Source: Candidatus Woesebacteria bacterium GW2011_GWB1_39_10
Lineage (GTDB): Bacteria > Patescibacteriota > Microgenomatia > UBA8517
Reading direction: 5' to 3'
Assembly (NCBI GenBank): GCA_000993205.1
Contig: LBVU01000004.1
Location: 208,030 to 272,029 of the forward strand
Length of the DNA: 64,000 nt
Each line of letters opens with the position of its first letter. Position 1 is the first letter of the stretch. Below, piece by piece: positions 29,705-38,919 of this stretch. Position numbers and translations under genes: made by a program. The notes under the pieces are model-generated. The model saw only the letters and a list, made by a program, of their open reading frames with translations. It made no database searches and was not told the DNA's origin.

Positions 29705-32308
29705 TTACCAGCACCACCAGAGGAAACAGTGATTATTGCTTGGCTTTGGAGTTCCCACTTTCGCTTCAGGCTTCGTCGAGACCGGGCTGGTTGGTGGAGA
29801 TGTTTGAACAACAAATCTGTCTGAATGAAGCCGTGTTTGTGATGGGTATGTCAAAGCATACAAAGAAAAGTTTTTTGTTGTAGTGGAAACCATATTTTTG
29901 ATCCAGTCAACTACAATTGGAGTTTTAATTGTTTTCCATTTTTTAGATTCTGAATCAAAATATGAAACTTTTAAAACTGTAGGAGAAACTCCATTTAGTT
30001 TTGTTTTGTCATATGGCAGTTGTACTGTAAAAGGCTTGTCGGTTTTGTTAATAGGAAAACCATTAAAGGCAGAAACTGAGGAAATTTTAAAAATGTCAGA
30101 ATATGTATTTAATCCTTGACTCCAAGGGTATGGAATATTTGAAGTGTCTAAATCCTTCAGACCTTGCCTTTTTATTGTTACATACATATCATCATGACTA
30201 CTATATGAAGGAATTATTGTTCCTGCCCAGGAGTTATTAACAAAGGTTTGTAAAATTGAGGTATTTTTAGTGTAATTTGGTCCTGCATTGATACAGTATT
30301 TGTAATCTGCTTTACAATTAGAGTCAGATGATTCATTTTCAAAGCTTCCCACTTTGTAAACAATATAATGAGACTGGGGAGTATATGAACCATTGGTGTC
30401 GTATGCACGGACATATATTAAATGATTACCAGTTGATAAATTACTTATATCACAATCAAATTTGGTTGTTCCACTACAACTTGTCCAAGAAGTAGCTGGT
30501 TGATAATTATCATCAATACTATATTCAACTCCTGCAACAGCAGTTGTTGAGTTGGGTGCAGAAACTGTTCCACTTATTTTTACATTTGAAGTTAATGGAC
30601 TTGAAGTAACCGAAACATCAATAGTGTGGGGGAAATTATAAATTATGTAAAGAGAACCTGAATTGGTACGAGAGTTAAAACTTGCAGCACCAGCATCAAC
30701 TAAAATATCCATTTTACCGTTACCATATAAATTACCAACAGACAGCGCGTGACCCGAAAAAAAGCTTGAGGCTGTTGGACCATCGTATCGGATAGAATAA
30801 TTTGTGCCTGTTGCCAAATCGATATTATTTCCTGTCCCAGAATAACTAGCAATGAGTGAATCATAAATTACATAAAGGGACCCTGAATCGCTTCTACTAT
30901 TTTGGTCAGCCCGATATGCCACCACCAAAATATCATATATTCCGTTTGAATTATAATCAGTGGCCAGTAAAGAGAAATATCCGAGGCCATCACCTGCTAC
31001 GGCACCATCATAGCGGATAGAGTAATTTGTGCTTGTAGCTAAATCTATATTGTTGCCAGTTCCAGAATAACTAGCAATGAGTGCATTTTTGATGATATAG
31101 ATTGAACCTGAATCAGTTCTACTGTTATTGTCCTCTAAATAAGTTCCAATTAGTAAATCTTTTTTACCATCAATGTTTCCAGTTTTTAATGATCCAGACA
31201 GCTGATCATTAGCAATAGCACCGTCGTATCTTAAATTGTAGTTAGATGTTGTATTCATATCAACGATATTTCCAGTACCAGAGTAGTCATCAATCAATGA
31301 AGCATAGATTACATACACAGAACCGCTTCCAGTACGAGAGTTATAATCGGCTTGCCTTGCACCAATGATAAGATCTAATTTATTGTTATCGTTAAGATCG
31401 GAAACAACATCGTTGTGCCTACCAAAATTATCCCCCGTCGCAGCACCGTCGTATCTGATTGTAAAATTAGAAGTCGTTGCTAAATCAATAGTATTACCTG
31501 TTCCTAAGAGATTACCAAAGACTGTATTAGCGATATAATAGACTGAACCAGATTCATTTCTTGAATTATTGTCAGCAAAAACAGAAGCTAAAATTATATC
31601 CTGTTTATTATCGCCATCAATATCAAGATTCGTAGTATCTACACTTTTTGTTGATAAATTGTCACTAGCCGCAGCACCGTCGAAACGAATATTGAAGTTG
31701 TTTGAACTCGCAAGATCAATTGTATTACCCGTACCAGAATAATCATCAAGTAAGGTATCGTAGATTACAAATACAGACCCAGAGCCACTCCTAGAATTGT
31801 TATCTGATCCAATACTGGGGATAAGAAGGTCAAACTTTCCATTGCCATTTAAATCTTGAACAAAGACTCCTGCAGAAAAACCTAGCATATCGTTTGCTGC
31901 AGCACCATCGATACGAATGTTATAGTTATTTGGATTGGCTAAATCGATCGTATTGCCTGTACCGGTTAAGCCTTTCCATAGTGAACTATAAATTATATAT
32001 ATTGAGCCGGAATCTGCTCTTGAATTGTAGTCCGTCCAACGCGCACCAACGATGATATCTCTGTTCCCATCGTTATCTAGATCGACATTTGTCGCATTAG
32101 AATAAGTTAAAAGGTCAGAAGCATTGGCACCATCGATTCTAATGTTCCAATTCGTTGTCGTAGCCATATTGTAAGTAGTGGATGCCAGGATTTTAGAAGG
32201 AAAAACAAAGGAAGAAAAAAAAAGAAACAGGAAAATAAAGAAAAGAGATTTTACAAAACAGCGAAACTGTTTACTCTCTCTCTCTCTCTCTCTCTCTCTC
32301 GAAAACAC
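29705..32308 (-). CDS. Secreted FG-GAP/integrin-alpha-like 7-repeat beta-propeller protein with Ig-like domain and CFLWWCW tail
   Basis: Seven ~75-aa repeats (IRxDG...DxxxxxxxDxxxG...NSR..SGSxYxIY...GTGNxIDLA); signal-peptide-like N-terminus. Start uncertain because of the SSR. Confidence 0.8.
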   Translation of the reverse strand: MFSRERERERESKQFRCFVKSLFFIFLFLFFSSFVFPSKILASTTYNMATTTNWNIRIDGANASDLLTYSNATNVDLDNDGNRDIIVGARWTDYNSRADSGSIYIIYSSLWKGLTGTGNTIDLANPNNYNIRIDGAAANDMLGFSAGVFVQDLNGNGKFDLLIPSIGSDNNSRSGSGSVFVIYDTLLDDYSGTGNTIDLASSNNFNIRFDGAAASDNLSTKSVDTTNLDIDGDNKQDIILASVFADNNSRNESGSVYYIANTVFGNLLGTGNTIDLATTSNFTIRYDGAATGDNFGRHNDVVSDLNDNNKLDLIIGARQADYNSRTGSGSVYVIYASLIDDYSGTGNIVDMNTTSNYNLRYDGAIANDQLSGSLKTGNIDGKKDLLIGTYLEDNNSRTDSGSIYIIKNALIASYSGTGNNIDLATSTNYSIRYDGAVAGDGLGYFSLLATDYNSNGIYDILVVAYRADQNSRSDSGSLYVIYDSLIASYSGTGNNIDLATGTNYSIRYDGPTASSFFSGHALSVGNLYGNGKMDILVDAGAASFNSRTNSGSLYIIYNFPHTIDVSVTSSPLTSNVKISGTVSAPNSTTAVAGVEYSIDDNYQPATSWTSCSGTTKFDCDISNLSTGNHLIYVRAYDTNGSYTPQSHYIVYKVGSFENESSDSNCKADYKYCINAGPNYTKNTSILQTFVNNSWAGTIIPSYSSHDDMYVTIKRQGLKDLDTSNIPYPWSQGLNTYSDIFKISSVSAFNGFPINKTDKPFTVQLPYDKTKLNGVSPTVLKVSYFDSESKKWKTIKTPIVVDWIKNMVSTTTKNFSLYALTYPSQTRLHSDRFVVQTSPPTSPVSTKPEAKVGTPKPSNNHCFLWWCW
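32274..32300. repeat. Dinucleotide SSR, (GA)13G on the coding strand
   Basis: 27-nt ctctc... run in the first codons of the FG-GAP gene. Confidence 0.95.
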
Positions 32309-32454
32309 AGGTTAAATTTTGAAAATATTTCATATATCATACCCATTTTTGTTCTACCTTTGTAACCCTTCAAGATTGTAAAATTCTTCGCGGGTTGGTG
32401 CATCATCCATATTTTTAGTATACTCTTCACATCTTCCAGTTCAATAAGAATTAT

Positions 32455-32483
32455 TACCTTGCAAGGTTTCTCCTTACAAGGTA
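32455..32483. repeat. REP family A copy 1 (overlaps the RAYT1 promoter)
   Basis: taccttgcaagg-tttct-ccttacaaggta hairpin; abuts TAATAT 5 nt before the ATG. Confidence 0.85.
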
Positions 32484-32492
32484 ATATAAATT

Positions 32493-33173
32493 ATGCCTGC
32501 AAGAAACTTAATAAGATTTGAGGGTGATGATTGTTACTATCACGTTTATAACCGTGGAGTTGAAAAGCGAATTATCTTTGAAGATGAACAGGACTACAAA
32601 GTCTTTTTAAATTATCTAAAAGAATATTTAAGCCCACCACCCGACCTCTCTAAAATAACAAAAACTTTTACCTTGCAAGGTTTCTCCTTTCAAGGTGTAC
32701 CACACCAGCCTAAAAACTATTTCGAGAAAGTTGAGCTTTTGGCATATTGCCTTATGCCTAATCATTTTCATCTATTTCTACACCAAAAGAATGAACATGA
32801 CATTGAAAAATTTATGCGATCGCTTTTAACCAGATATTCTATGTATTTTAACAAAAAATACGACCGTGTGGGTTCACTTTTTCAGGGACCATATAAATCT
32901 GCCATTGTGAGAGATGAATCATACTTTCTTCATTTAAGCAGATACATTCATTTGAATCCTTCTGAATATACAAAAGATTTAGTATCTGCATATTCTTCGT
33001 ATTCAGAATATTTGGGACTCAGAAAAACACCTTGGATACATCCAGAGAAAATATTATTTTTCTTTAAACAAGCAAGTAAAGATTTTATTCAAAAGGAAAA
33101 TAGTTACAAAAATTTTGTGAAGAATTATAAAATTGATAGCACTTCAATTCTGGAAAACCTTACGCTTGAATAA
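32493..33173 (+). mobile_element. REP-associated tyrosine transposase (RAYT/TnpA-REP, HUH Y1) 1
   Basis: YYHVYNRG, YCLMPNHFH (HUH), GSLFQGPY, YIHLNP, YSSY. Confidence 0.9.
32669..32697. repeat. REP family A copy 2, inside the RAYT1 CDS
   Basis: taccttgcaaggtttctcctttcaaggtg, 27/29 identical to copy 1. Confidence 0.85.
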
Positions 33174-33175
33174 CT

Positions 33176-33204
33176 AACCTTGAAGGGTCTCTCCTTACAA
33201 GGTA
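33176..33204. repeat. REP family A copy 3, just after the RAYT1 stop
   Basis: aaccttgaagggtctctccttacaaggta, 25/29 identical to copy 1. Confidence 0.8.
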
Positions 33205-33243
33205 GCCGTGGGTTTTGAGAAAAACTTCAGACTAACTTTGTAT

Positions 33244-33654
33244 ATGGGTCATGAAATTCCCCGTCATTGGAGACTGAATGCGCAGAGATACAGACTTACC
33301 GGCGAAGTGTGTAAAAACGGACACAAAGTTTTTCCGCCTCGTGATGTTTGCCCTGACTGTCACGGGGAGGCCCACATTCCCTTCACTTTGAGTGGCAGAG
33401 GCGAGATTTATTCATCAACGGTAATGTATGAACCACCGGCTGGTTTTGAAGGGTCCGTCCCATACCAAGTCGCCTTAGTCAAACTAGAGGAAGGACCAAT
33501 GATAACCGCCCAATTAACAGATCTGGCCAGTGCCAATGTTCCCTTAGAAATTGGGGCCAAGGTGGAAATGGTCACAAGAAAATTGAAAGAGGATGGTGGG
33601 GCTGGTTTAATATATTACGGGTATAAATTCAGAATTCCAGTTAATGCTTCTTAA
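33244..33654 (+). CDS. DUF35-type Zn-ribbon/OB-fold protein
   Basis: C..GH..FPPR..CP.C, GEIYSST, ALVKLEEGP, IGAKVEMVTRK, YGYKF. Confidence 0.85.
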   Translation: MGHEIPRHWRLNAQRYRLTGEVCKNGHKVFPPRDVCPDCHGEAHIPFTLSGRGEIYSSTVMYEPPAGFEGSVPYQVALVKLEEGPMITAQLTDLASANVPLEIGAKVEMVTRKLKEDGGAGLIYYGYKFRIPVNAS

Positions 33655-34795
33655 AGAATTTGGGCATGTGCCATGTTCGCCAGATGAATAAATTATAGAC
33701 AGTGTAATTGTAAGGTAAAACAACGGCAAATAAAGCAAACAACAGTGCCCCAAGATGAACCAACGGGCTATCTCCGAAAAGTTTAGCTGCCCCTGATACT
33801 ATAAATGGCTGAACGATAACTGCAAATAGGGATGAAAAATTAAACTTAAAAAACTGAACAAAAATATCTGACACTTTTGTAATAATTTTGTCTTTGAATG
33901 TCCAAATATTATTAAAAATAAAGTTAGAAATAATCGCAGCCTCTGTGGCAAGAAGTGTGGCGACAAAAGTTGTAAATCCAAAACGTTTCAAAACCTCCAA
34001 GCCTACATAATTAACAACAAATCCTGTCCCTCCTACAACTCCAAATTTAATAAATCTTTGCTTGTCTTTTATTCCCAAAATTACGGCAACGGTGAAAGTC
34101 GCAACCATTTCTTTCCAATTAAACTTTGATTTCTCTTTAGTTCTTGCCGCAAACTCGAGCGGAACTTCAACAATCTTTTTAGAATTTTTAAGACATTGAT
34201 ATAAAAGATCGACTTTGTAAGCAAAGCGGTCCAGATCCATTAGTTTTTCGAGGTTAATTTTATCGAGAACCCCATTAACCCGTGATAACCTAAAACCGGT
34301 AGTCAAATCGTGAACTTTAAAATTAAGTAGAACAATCCGAATAAATAAATTGCCAAAAAAACTGACCGCCTTTCTGCTTATTGCCCACTCAGACGGAACG
34401 GAACCTCCTTTGATATATCTGGATCCTATTGCATAATCGGCGCCGGATAAGTATGCCTCAACCATTGGTCTTACAAACCTTGGAGGATGTTGAAAGTCCG
34501 CGTCCATTTCCAAAATCGCATCTGCGTGAAGTTTGTTCATTGCATACTGCATTCCCCGAACATATGCCCATCCCAAGCCTTCTTTTTCTTTTTGAAGAAT
34601 ATGGAGATTTTTGTGATGATTCATTAAATTTTTAACTACGTCCCCGGTTCCGTCCGGAGAAAAATCATCAACCACTAAAAGGTGCATTTCTACCCCATCA
34701 ATTTTTGGAAACTCCTTAGAAAAAAGCTCATGAACCATAAGAGCTATATTCTGAGCTTCGTTATACGCGGGCATGACTATGACAACTTTGTCCAT
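33641..34795 (-). CDS. Polyprenol monophosphomannose synthase-like GT2 fused to a GtrA-like domain
   Basis: VDDFSPDGT, GLGWAY, EMDADFQHPP, DLTTGFR; C-terminal RFIKFGVVG...SNFIFNNIWTF. Confidence 0.85.
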   Translation of the reverse strand: MDKVVIVMPAYNEAQNIALMVHELFSKEFPKIDGVEMHLLVVDDFSPDGTGDVVKNLMNHHKNLHILQKEKEGLGWAYVRGMQYAMNKLHADAILEMDADFQHPPRFVRPMVEAYLSGADYAIGSRYIKGGSVPSEWAISRKAVSFFGNLFIRIVLLNFKVHDLTTGFRLSRVNGVLDKINLEKLMDLDRFAYKVDLLYQCLKNSKKIVEVPLEFAARTKEKSKFNWKEMVATFTVAVILGIKDKQRFIKFGVVGGTGFVVNYVGLEVLKRFGFTTFVATLLATEAAIISNFIFNNIWTFKDKIITKVSDIFVQFFKFNFSSLFAVIVQPFIVSGAAKLFGDSPLVHLGALLFALFAVVLPYNYTVYNLFIWRTWHMPKFFKKH

Positions 34796-34835
34796 AGGTT
34801 AACTTTATCAGCTTTCACTGATAGAATACAAGAGT

Positions 34836-35474
34836 ATGAGGATAGATATAATCACGCTTTTCCCAAAAATGTTTGAGGGAACCATGAATCAATCAATTAT
34901 GTGGAGAGCCCAGGACAAAAATTTTATTGACTTGAACATAATCGACCTAAGACAGTTTGGTGACGGACTGAGGAAAAATGTTGATGATAGACCTTATGGC
35001 GGTGGGGCCGGAATGATTCTTAGAATTGACATTATCGACGCTTGCCTTAAATCGATTAAGGCAAAGCCTGGTTCGAAAAATCAGAAAATAATATTAACTT
35101 CGGCGGGGGGTGTGAAATTTACACAAGAAAAAGCCTATAAATATTCAAAATTCAAAAGGATGATTATCCTCTGTGGTCATTACGAAGGAGTTGATAATAG
35201 AGTCGCCGAAAATTTGGTAGATGAGGTAGTCTCTATTGGAGACTATGTTTTAACCGGTGGGGAAATCCCGGCCATGGTTATTGCCGATACTGTTACAAGA
35301 CTAATCCCTGACGTCATAAAGCCGGATTCCCTGATAGAGGAATCTTTTTCCGGAATGGAAAGTGAATATCCGCAGTACACCCGTCCCGAAGTATACCGCG
35401 GATGGAAAGTCGCCAAAGTGCTTCTTTCAGGAAACCATGCCGAAATTGACAAATGGAGAAAAAACAATACTTAA
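34836..35474 (+). CDS. trmD: tRNA (guanine37-N1)-methyltransferase
   Basis: ITLFP, VDDRPYGGGAGM, CGHYEGVD, SIGDYVLTGGE, YPQYTRP. Confidence 0.97.
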   Translation: MRIDIITLFPKMFEGTMNQSIMWRAQDKNFIDLNIIDLRQFGDGLRKNVDDRPYGGGAGMILRIDIIDACLKSIKAKPGSKNQKIILTSAGGVKFTQEKAYKYSKFKRMIILCGHYEGVDNRVAENLVDEVVSIGDYVLTGGEIPAMVIADTVTRLIPDVIKPDSLIEESFSGMESEYPQYTRPEVYRGWKVAKVLLSGNHAEIDKWRKNNT

Positions 35475-35488
35475 TTACTATATAGTAA

Positions 35489-36388
35489 TTAAGTATTTAA
35501 TTGAGAAACAAACTCGTCCACCATCGCTCGCCAAGTTTTAAATTTCAAATTTAGGATATTTTGAGTTTTTAGAGTTTTTAGACCACCTAGACGGGGGCGT
35601 GGTGTACGACCGGGAGCTTTTAGAAACTCACCCATTGAACCCTTTTGCAACTCAACTGGTTTACCTGTATATTTTCCCAACAAATATAGCCCTATTTCGT
35701 GCGGCGTGGTCATATCACTTGAGGCAACGTGGAAGATACCAGATATTTCTTCATTAATAATTTTAACCAAAGGCTCAACTAAATCATCTACAAATAACAC
35801 ACTCTGAACCTGGTCCGTGAACATTGGATATAATTTTTGTTCATTGTATAAATTGATCAAATTTCTTGCCCAATCTTTCTTTAAATCGAATGGTGCTGCA
35901 CGAAACGGATATCCATACCTTACAATTGCGTAATTTGTTGAAGTATTTTGAATCATTAACTCGGCCCGGTTTTTTGTCCAACCATACCAACCGATTCCGA
36001 CAGGAGTCTCCGGAAGGCGGGCGTCTTCATCGTACGGACCTGGTTCCTCTTCTGTTCCGGGAAAAACAAAATCTGTAGAAATGTGAACTAGAAACGTGTT
36101 ATTGTCGTTACAATACTCGGCCAGATTTTTTGGTCCTAAAACATTTAATCGATATGTAAGACCTGTCTCGTCCCCGGTTTCTTTCTCAGCCGCGTCGACA
36201 TTTGTAAAAGCGGCAAAGTTAATCACAGCGTCAAATTTATTTTTTGTGAAATATTTTTCCACTGCCGTGTTGTCTATAATATCTAGGGTTTTTTCATCAA
36301 CTGAAACAATCTCCAGCTTGTCTTTTGCCAAATCAACAAATCTTGAAGCTACCATTCCAGTCCCACCAATTATCAATACTTTTTTCAT
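35489..36388 (-). CDS. rfbD: NDP-4-dehydrorhamnose reductase (RmlD-like)
   Basis: GGTGMVA, AAFTNVD, HISTDFVF, YGWTK. Confidence 0.85.
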   Translation of the reverse strand: MKKVLIIGGTGMVASRFVDLAKDKLEIVSVDEKTLDIIDNTAVEKYFTKNKFDAVINFAAFTNVDAAEKETGDETGLTYRLNVLGPKNLAEYCNDNNTFLVHISTDFVFPGTEEEPGPYDEDARLPETPVGIGWYGWTKNRAELMIQNTSTNYAIVRYGYPFRAAPFDLKKDWARNLINLYNEQKLYPMFTDQVQSVLFVDDLVEPLVKIINEEISGIFHVASSDMTTPHEIGLYLLGKYTGKPVELQKGSMGEFLKAPGRTPRPRLGGLKTLKTQNILNLKFKTWRAMVDEFVSQLNT

Positions 36389-36408
36389 AATGTCATCCTG
36401 AATTCATT

Positions 36409-36990
36409 TCAGGATCTAAATTTTTCCGGGAAAAGCTCTCTTAATGTTGGATTGTGTTGGTCGCGCTCGGAAAGAATTGGCTCCTTTATCGGCCATTTTA
36501 TTTTTAGATCCGGATCGTTCCAGGCAACTCCCTTTGCCTTTGCATCGTCCCAATATTCATCAATAAGATAGAAATAATGCATCATTTCGGTTCCTAGTAC
36601 GCATACCGAATTACCAATCCCTCCAGCCGGCAGGAAAAGCGCCTGGCGTTTTGAATCTTCTTTGGTGTTGTCAATCGTGATATATTCAACCTTCCCAAAT
36701 GTTGAACTCTCCGGTCTAAGATCCACAATAGGGGCGTAAAGAATCCCCGTAATGGGGTAAATCATTTTGTTCCAATCTTCCGAATGAATGGCTTTAATAA
36801 CACCGGGTTTTATATAAGCATGAGTCCATTGCACCGGATTAAATTCAATCCCTGTTGCGGCTTTAAGTTCTTCTTTGTTATATGGTTCGTGAACAAATCC
36901 CCTGAAGTCTCCAAAAAGAGGGCGCTCGATAATAACAACGCCGGGAATAGAAGTATGCTTTATATGCTTTCTGTGATCAATTCGTATCAT
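36409..36990 (-). CDS. rfbC: NDP-4-dehydrorhamnose 3,5-epimerase (RmlC-like)
   Basis: FGDFRGF, VDLRPESSTFG, WNDPDLKIKWP, ILSERD. Confidence 0.85.
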   Translation of the reverse strand: MIRIDHRKHIKHTSIPGVVIIERPLFGDFRGFVHEPYNKEELKAATGIEFNPVQWTHAYIKPGVIKAIHSEDWNKMIYPITGILYAPIVDLRPESSTFGKVEYITIDNTKEDSKRQALFLPAGGIGNSVCVLGTEMMHYFYLIDEYWDDAKAKGVAWNDPDLKIKWPIKEPILSERDQHNPTLRELFPEKFRS

Positions 36991-36993
36991 ATT

Positions 36994-38919
36994 TTAATCG
37001 TTTTTTTTGTTATTCGTAGAAAAGTTTATCGTATAAATTCCGGAAAGAGTTAATCTCGACATTGCAGACAAGAAATATGAATCATCGCACTTACTTACTA
37101 TTTCGCTTACTTCACCAACTGGCCAAAGAACTATTCCCTCATTTTCTTCAAGTTTTTCTCCTGTCTGCACCTCCGGATAAATTCCGCGCCCAAAATCTAC
37201 TATAACCGCATACAAATTAGGATGGTTATTAGTCATTCCGGAATCGGGCGCAACTCGACCAAGACTTATTATTTCATTTAAAGTGATGTTTGGGTTGTGA
37301 ACATTCAAACCCAGATCTTTTTTAAGCGACCTAAGAATGAAGTTTAAAACGCTCTCGTTAAGCCTGGGGAAACCACCCGCCAAATTATACTCAATTGAGC
37401 CAGTAGGAAATTTACCTTCCCTTTGGAACGCAAAATGAGTTATTTCCCCATTCCTCCTAATCAAAACCAGCAGTTTTGCCCCAGACTTCGGACCCCAACC
37501 CCAAGAATAATATCCCTCCGACCTTCTCTCGCCTTTAGAATTCTCCACCACAAACCATGTTGCAATACCGTAAATTCCAAACTCGGGAGAGGCGTGATCG
37601 ATTTTTACCAATTTAAGCAGAGTATCTTCACCTATTTTATCTTCATGACTTGAAAGGTCTTCAACGTAACCAAAAGTTGCAGGACTTATTGCCAGCGCTT
37701 TTATCTCATCTTTTATGTTGTCCAAACTGTTCTGATACCACTTTTTAGACGCGAGATTTTTCATAACCATTTCATAACGAACAATATTAGCTTCAACAAA
37801 ATGCTCTTTGAGATCGCTTTTCGGAATTTTTATTCCTTCTTTTTCTTCAAGTTTTCCGAATATAAACTTAGTTTTCCCCGTCTCTCTATCCAATGTTATA
37901 AAAGCGCTAACTATTTTATCTTCATCCGAAATAACTGCGCGTCTCTTAAGAAGCGGTCTCCACCAATCCTGATTATTTTTGTACCAATCAATAGTTTCTT
38001 TTAGACCATCGTCAAAATTTTCCCTGCCGATTTCCGGTTTCCAACCCAATTCCTGAATTATCTTTGTGGCATCTATTGCATATCTTCTGTCGTTGCTGTG
38101 CCTGTCCGGAACGTGTCTGATCTTTCCGGCATCTTCACCGTAAATAGAAACAATTTTTTCTGCAATATAATTGTTATCCCTATCGTTATCGGAACCTATT
38201 AAATACGTTTGACCTTTTTTACCTTTTTGAAGGATTAAATCGATCGCGTATGCATGATCTTTCGTATGGATCCAATCACGTACATTACGACCATCGCCAT
38301 GGATTGGAACCTGAATACCGTCAATTAAATTGGCAATAACTATTGGCATAAATTTTTCCGGGAATTGATAGGGACCATAATTATTTGAACAATTAGAAAT
38401 TGTTGTAAACATATCGGTTTTTTTGTAAAAATCCAAAACGAGCTTGTCTGCTTCGGCTTTACTTAAGGCGTAAAGATTGTCGGGACGCGGGGAGTATGGT
38501 GTTTTTTCGTTAAATTTTTCGCTGGATAATAGAGGAAGTTCGCCATAAACTTCATCTGTAGAAATATGATGAAATCTGGGGATGCCTAATTTATGCGCTT
38601 CTTCCAAAAGAGTTACCGTACCGTGAACATTAGTCTGCCAATATCTACTGGGGTCGAAGATGCTTCTGTCTACGTGGCTTTCTGCAGCAAAATGGACAAC
38701 AGTGTCGACACCTTTCATTGCCTGCGAGACTTTGGGGCGGTCGTTAATATCGGCCTCGATAAATTTAATTTTCTTAATGACTGGAGCAAGATTTTCGATA
38801 TTGCCGGCATAGGTTAATGAATCAATAACGCGTATTTCGTCTTTGGGATATTTATGATTCCAATAATGAACAAAATTTGCCCCGATAAAACCCGCAGCTC
38901 CTGTAACAAGTAACTTCAT
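36994..38919 (-). CDS. rfbB: dTDP-glucose 4,6-dehydratase (RmlB) with a ~300-aa C-terminal extension containing a degenerate Nudix-like fold
   Basis: GAAGFIG, HFAAESHVDRSI, STDEVYG, Y..SK, NNYGPYQFPEK; extension after WWRPL. Confidence 0.88.
   Translation of the reverse strand: MKLLVTGAAGFIGANFVHYWNHKYPKDEIRVIDSLTYAGNIENLAPVIKKIKFIEADINDRPKVSQAMKGVDTVVHFAAESHVDRSIFDPSRYWQTNVHGTVTLLEEAHKLGIPRFHHISTDEVYGELPLLSSEKFNEKTPYSPRPDNLYALSKAEADKLVLDFYKKTDMFTTISNCSNNYGPYQFPEKFMPIVIANLIDGIQVPIHGDGRNVRDWIHTKDHAYAIDLILQKGKKGQTYLIGSDNDRDNNYIAEKIVSIYGEDAGKIRHVPDRHSNDRRYAIDATKIIQELGWKPEIGRENFDDGLKETIDWYKNNQDWWRPLLKRRAVISDEDKIVSAFITLDRETGKTKFIFGKLEEKEGIKIPKSDLKEHFVEANIVRYEMVMKNLASKKWYQNSLDNIKDEIKALAISPATFGYVEDLSSHEDKIGEDTLLKLVKIDHASPEFGIYGIATWFVVENSKGERRSEGYYSWGWGPKSGAKLLVLIRRNGEITHFAFQREGKFPTGSIEYNLAGGFPRLNESVLNFILRSLKKDLGLNVHNPNITLNEIISLGRVAPDSGMTNNHPNLYAVIVDFGRGIYPEVQTGEKLEENEGIVLWPVGEVSEIVSKCDDSYFLSAMSRLTLSGIYTINFSTNNKKND

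Noticed and set aside
30835..31082. Direct DNA repeats (ccagaataactagcaatgagtg) suggesting a CRISPR array or DGR template/variable pair
   Set aside because: They are coding repeats of adjacent propeller blades; there is no spacer pattern and no cas or reverse transcriptase gene in the window.
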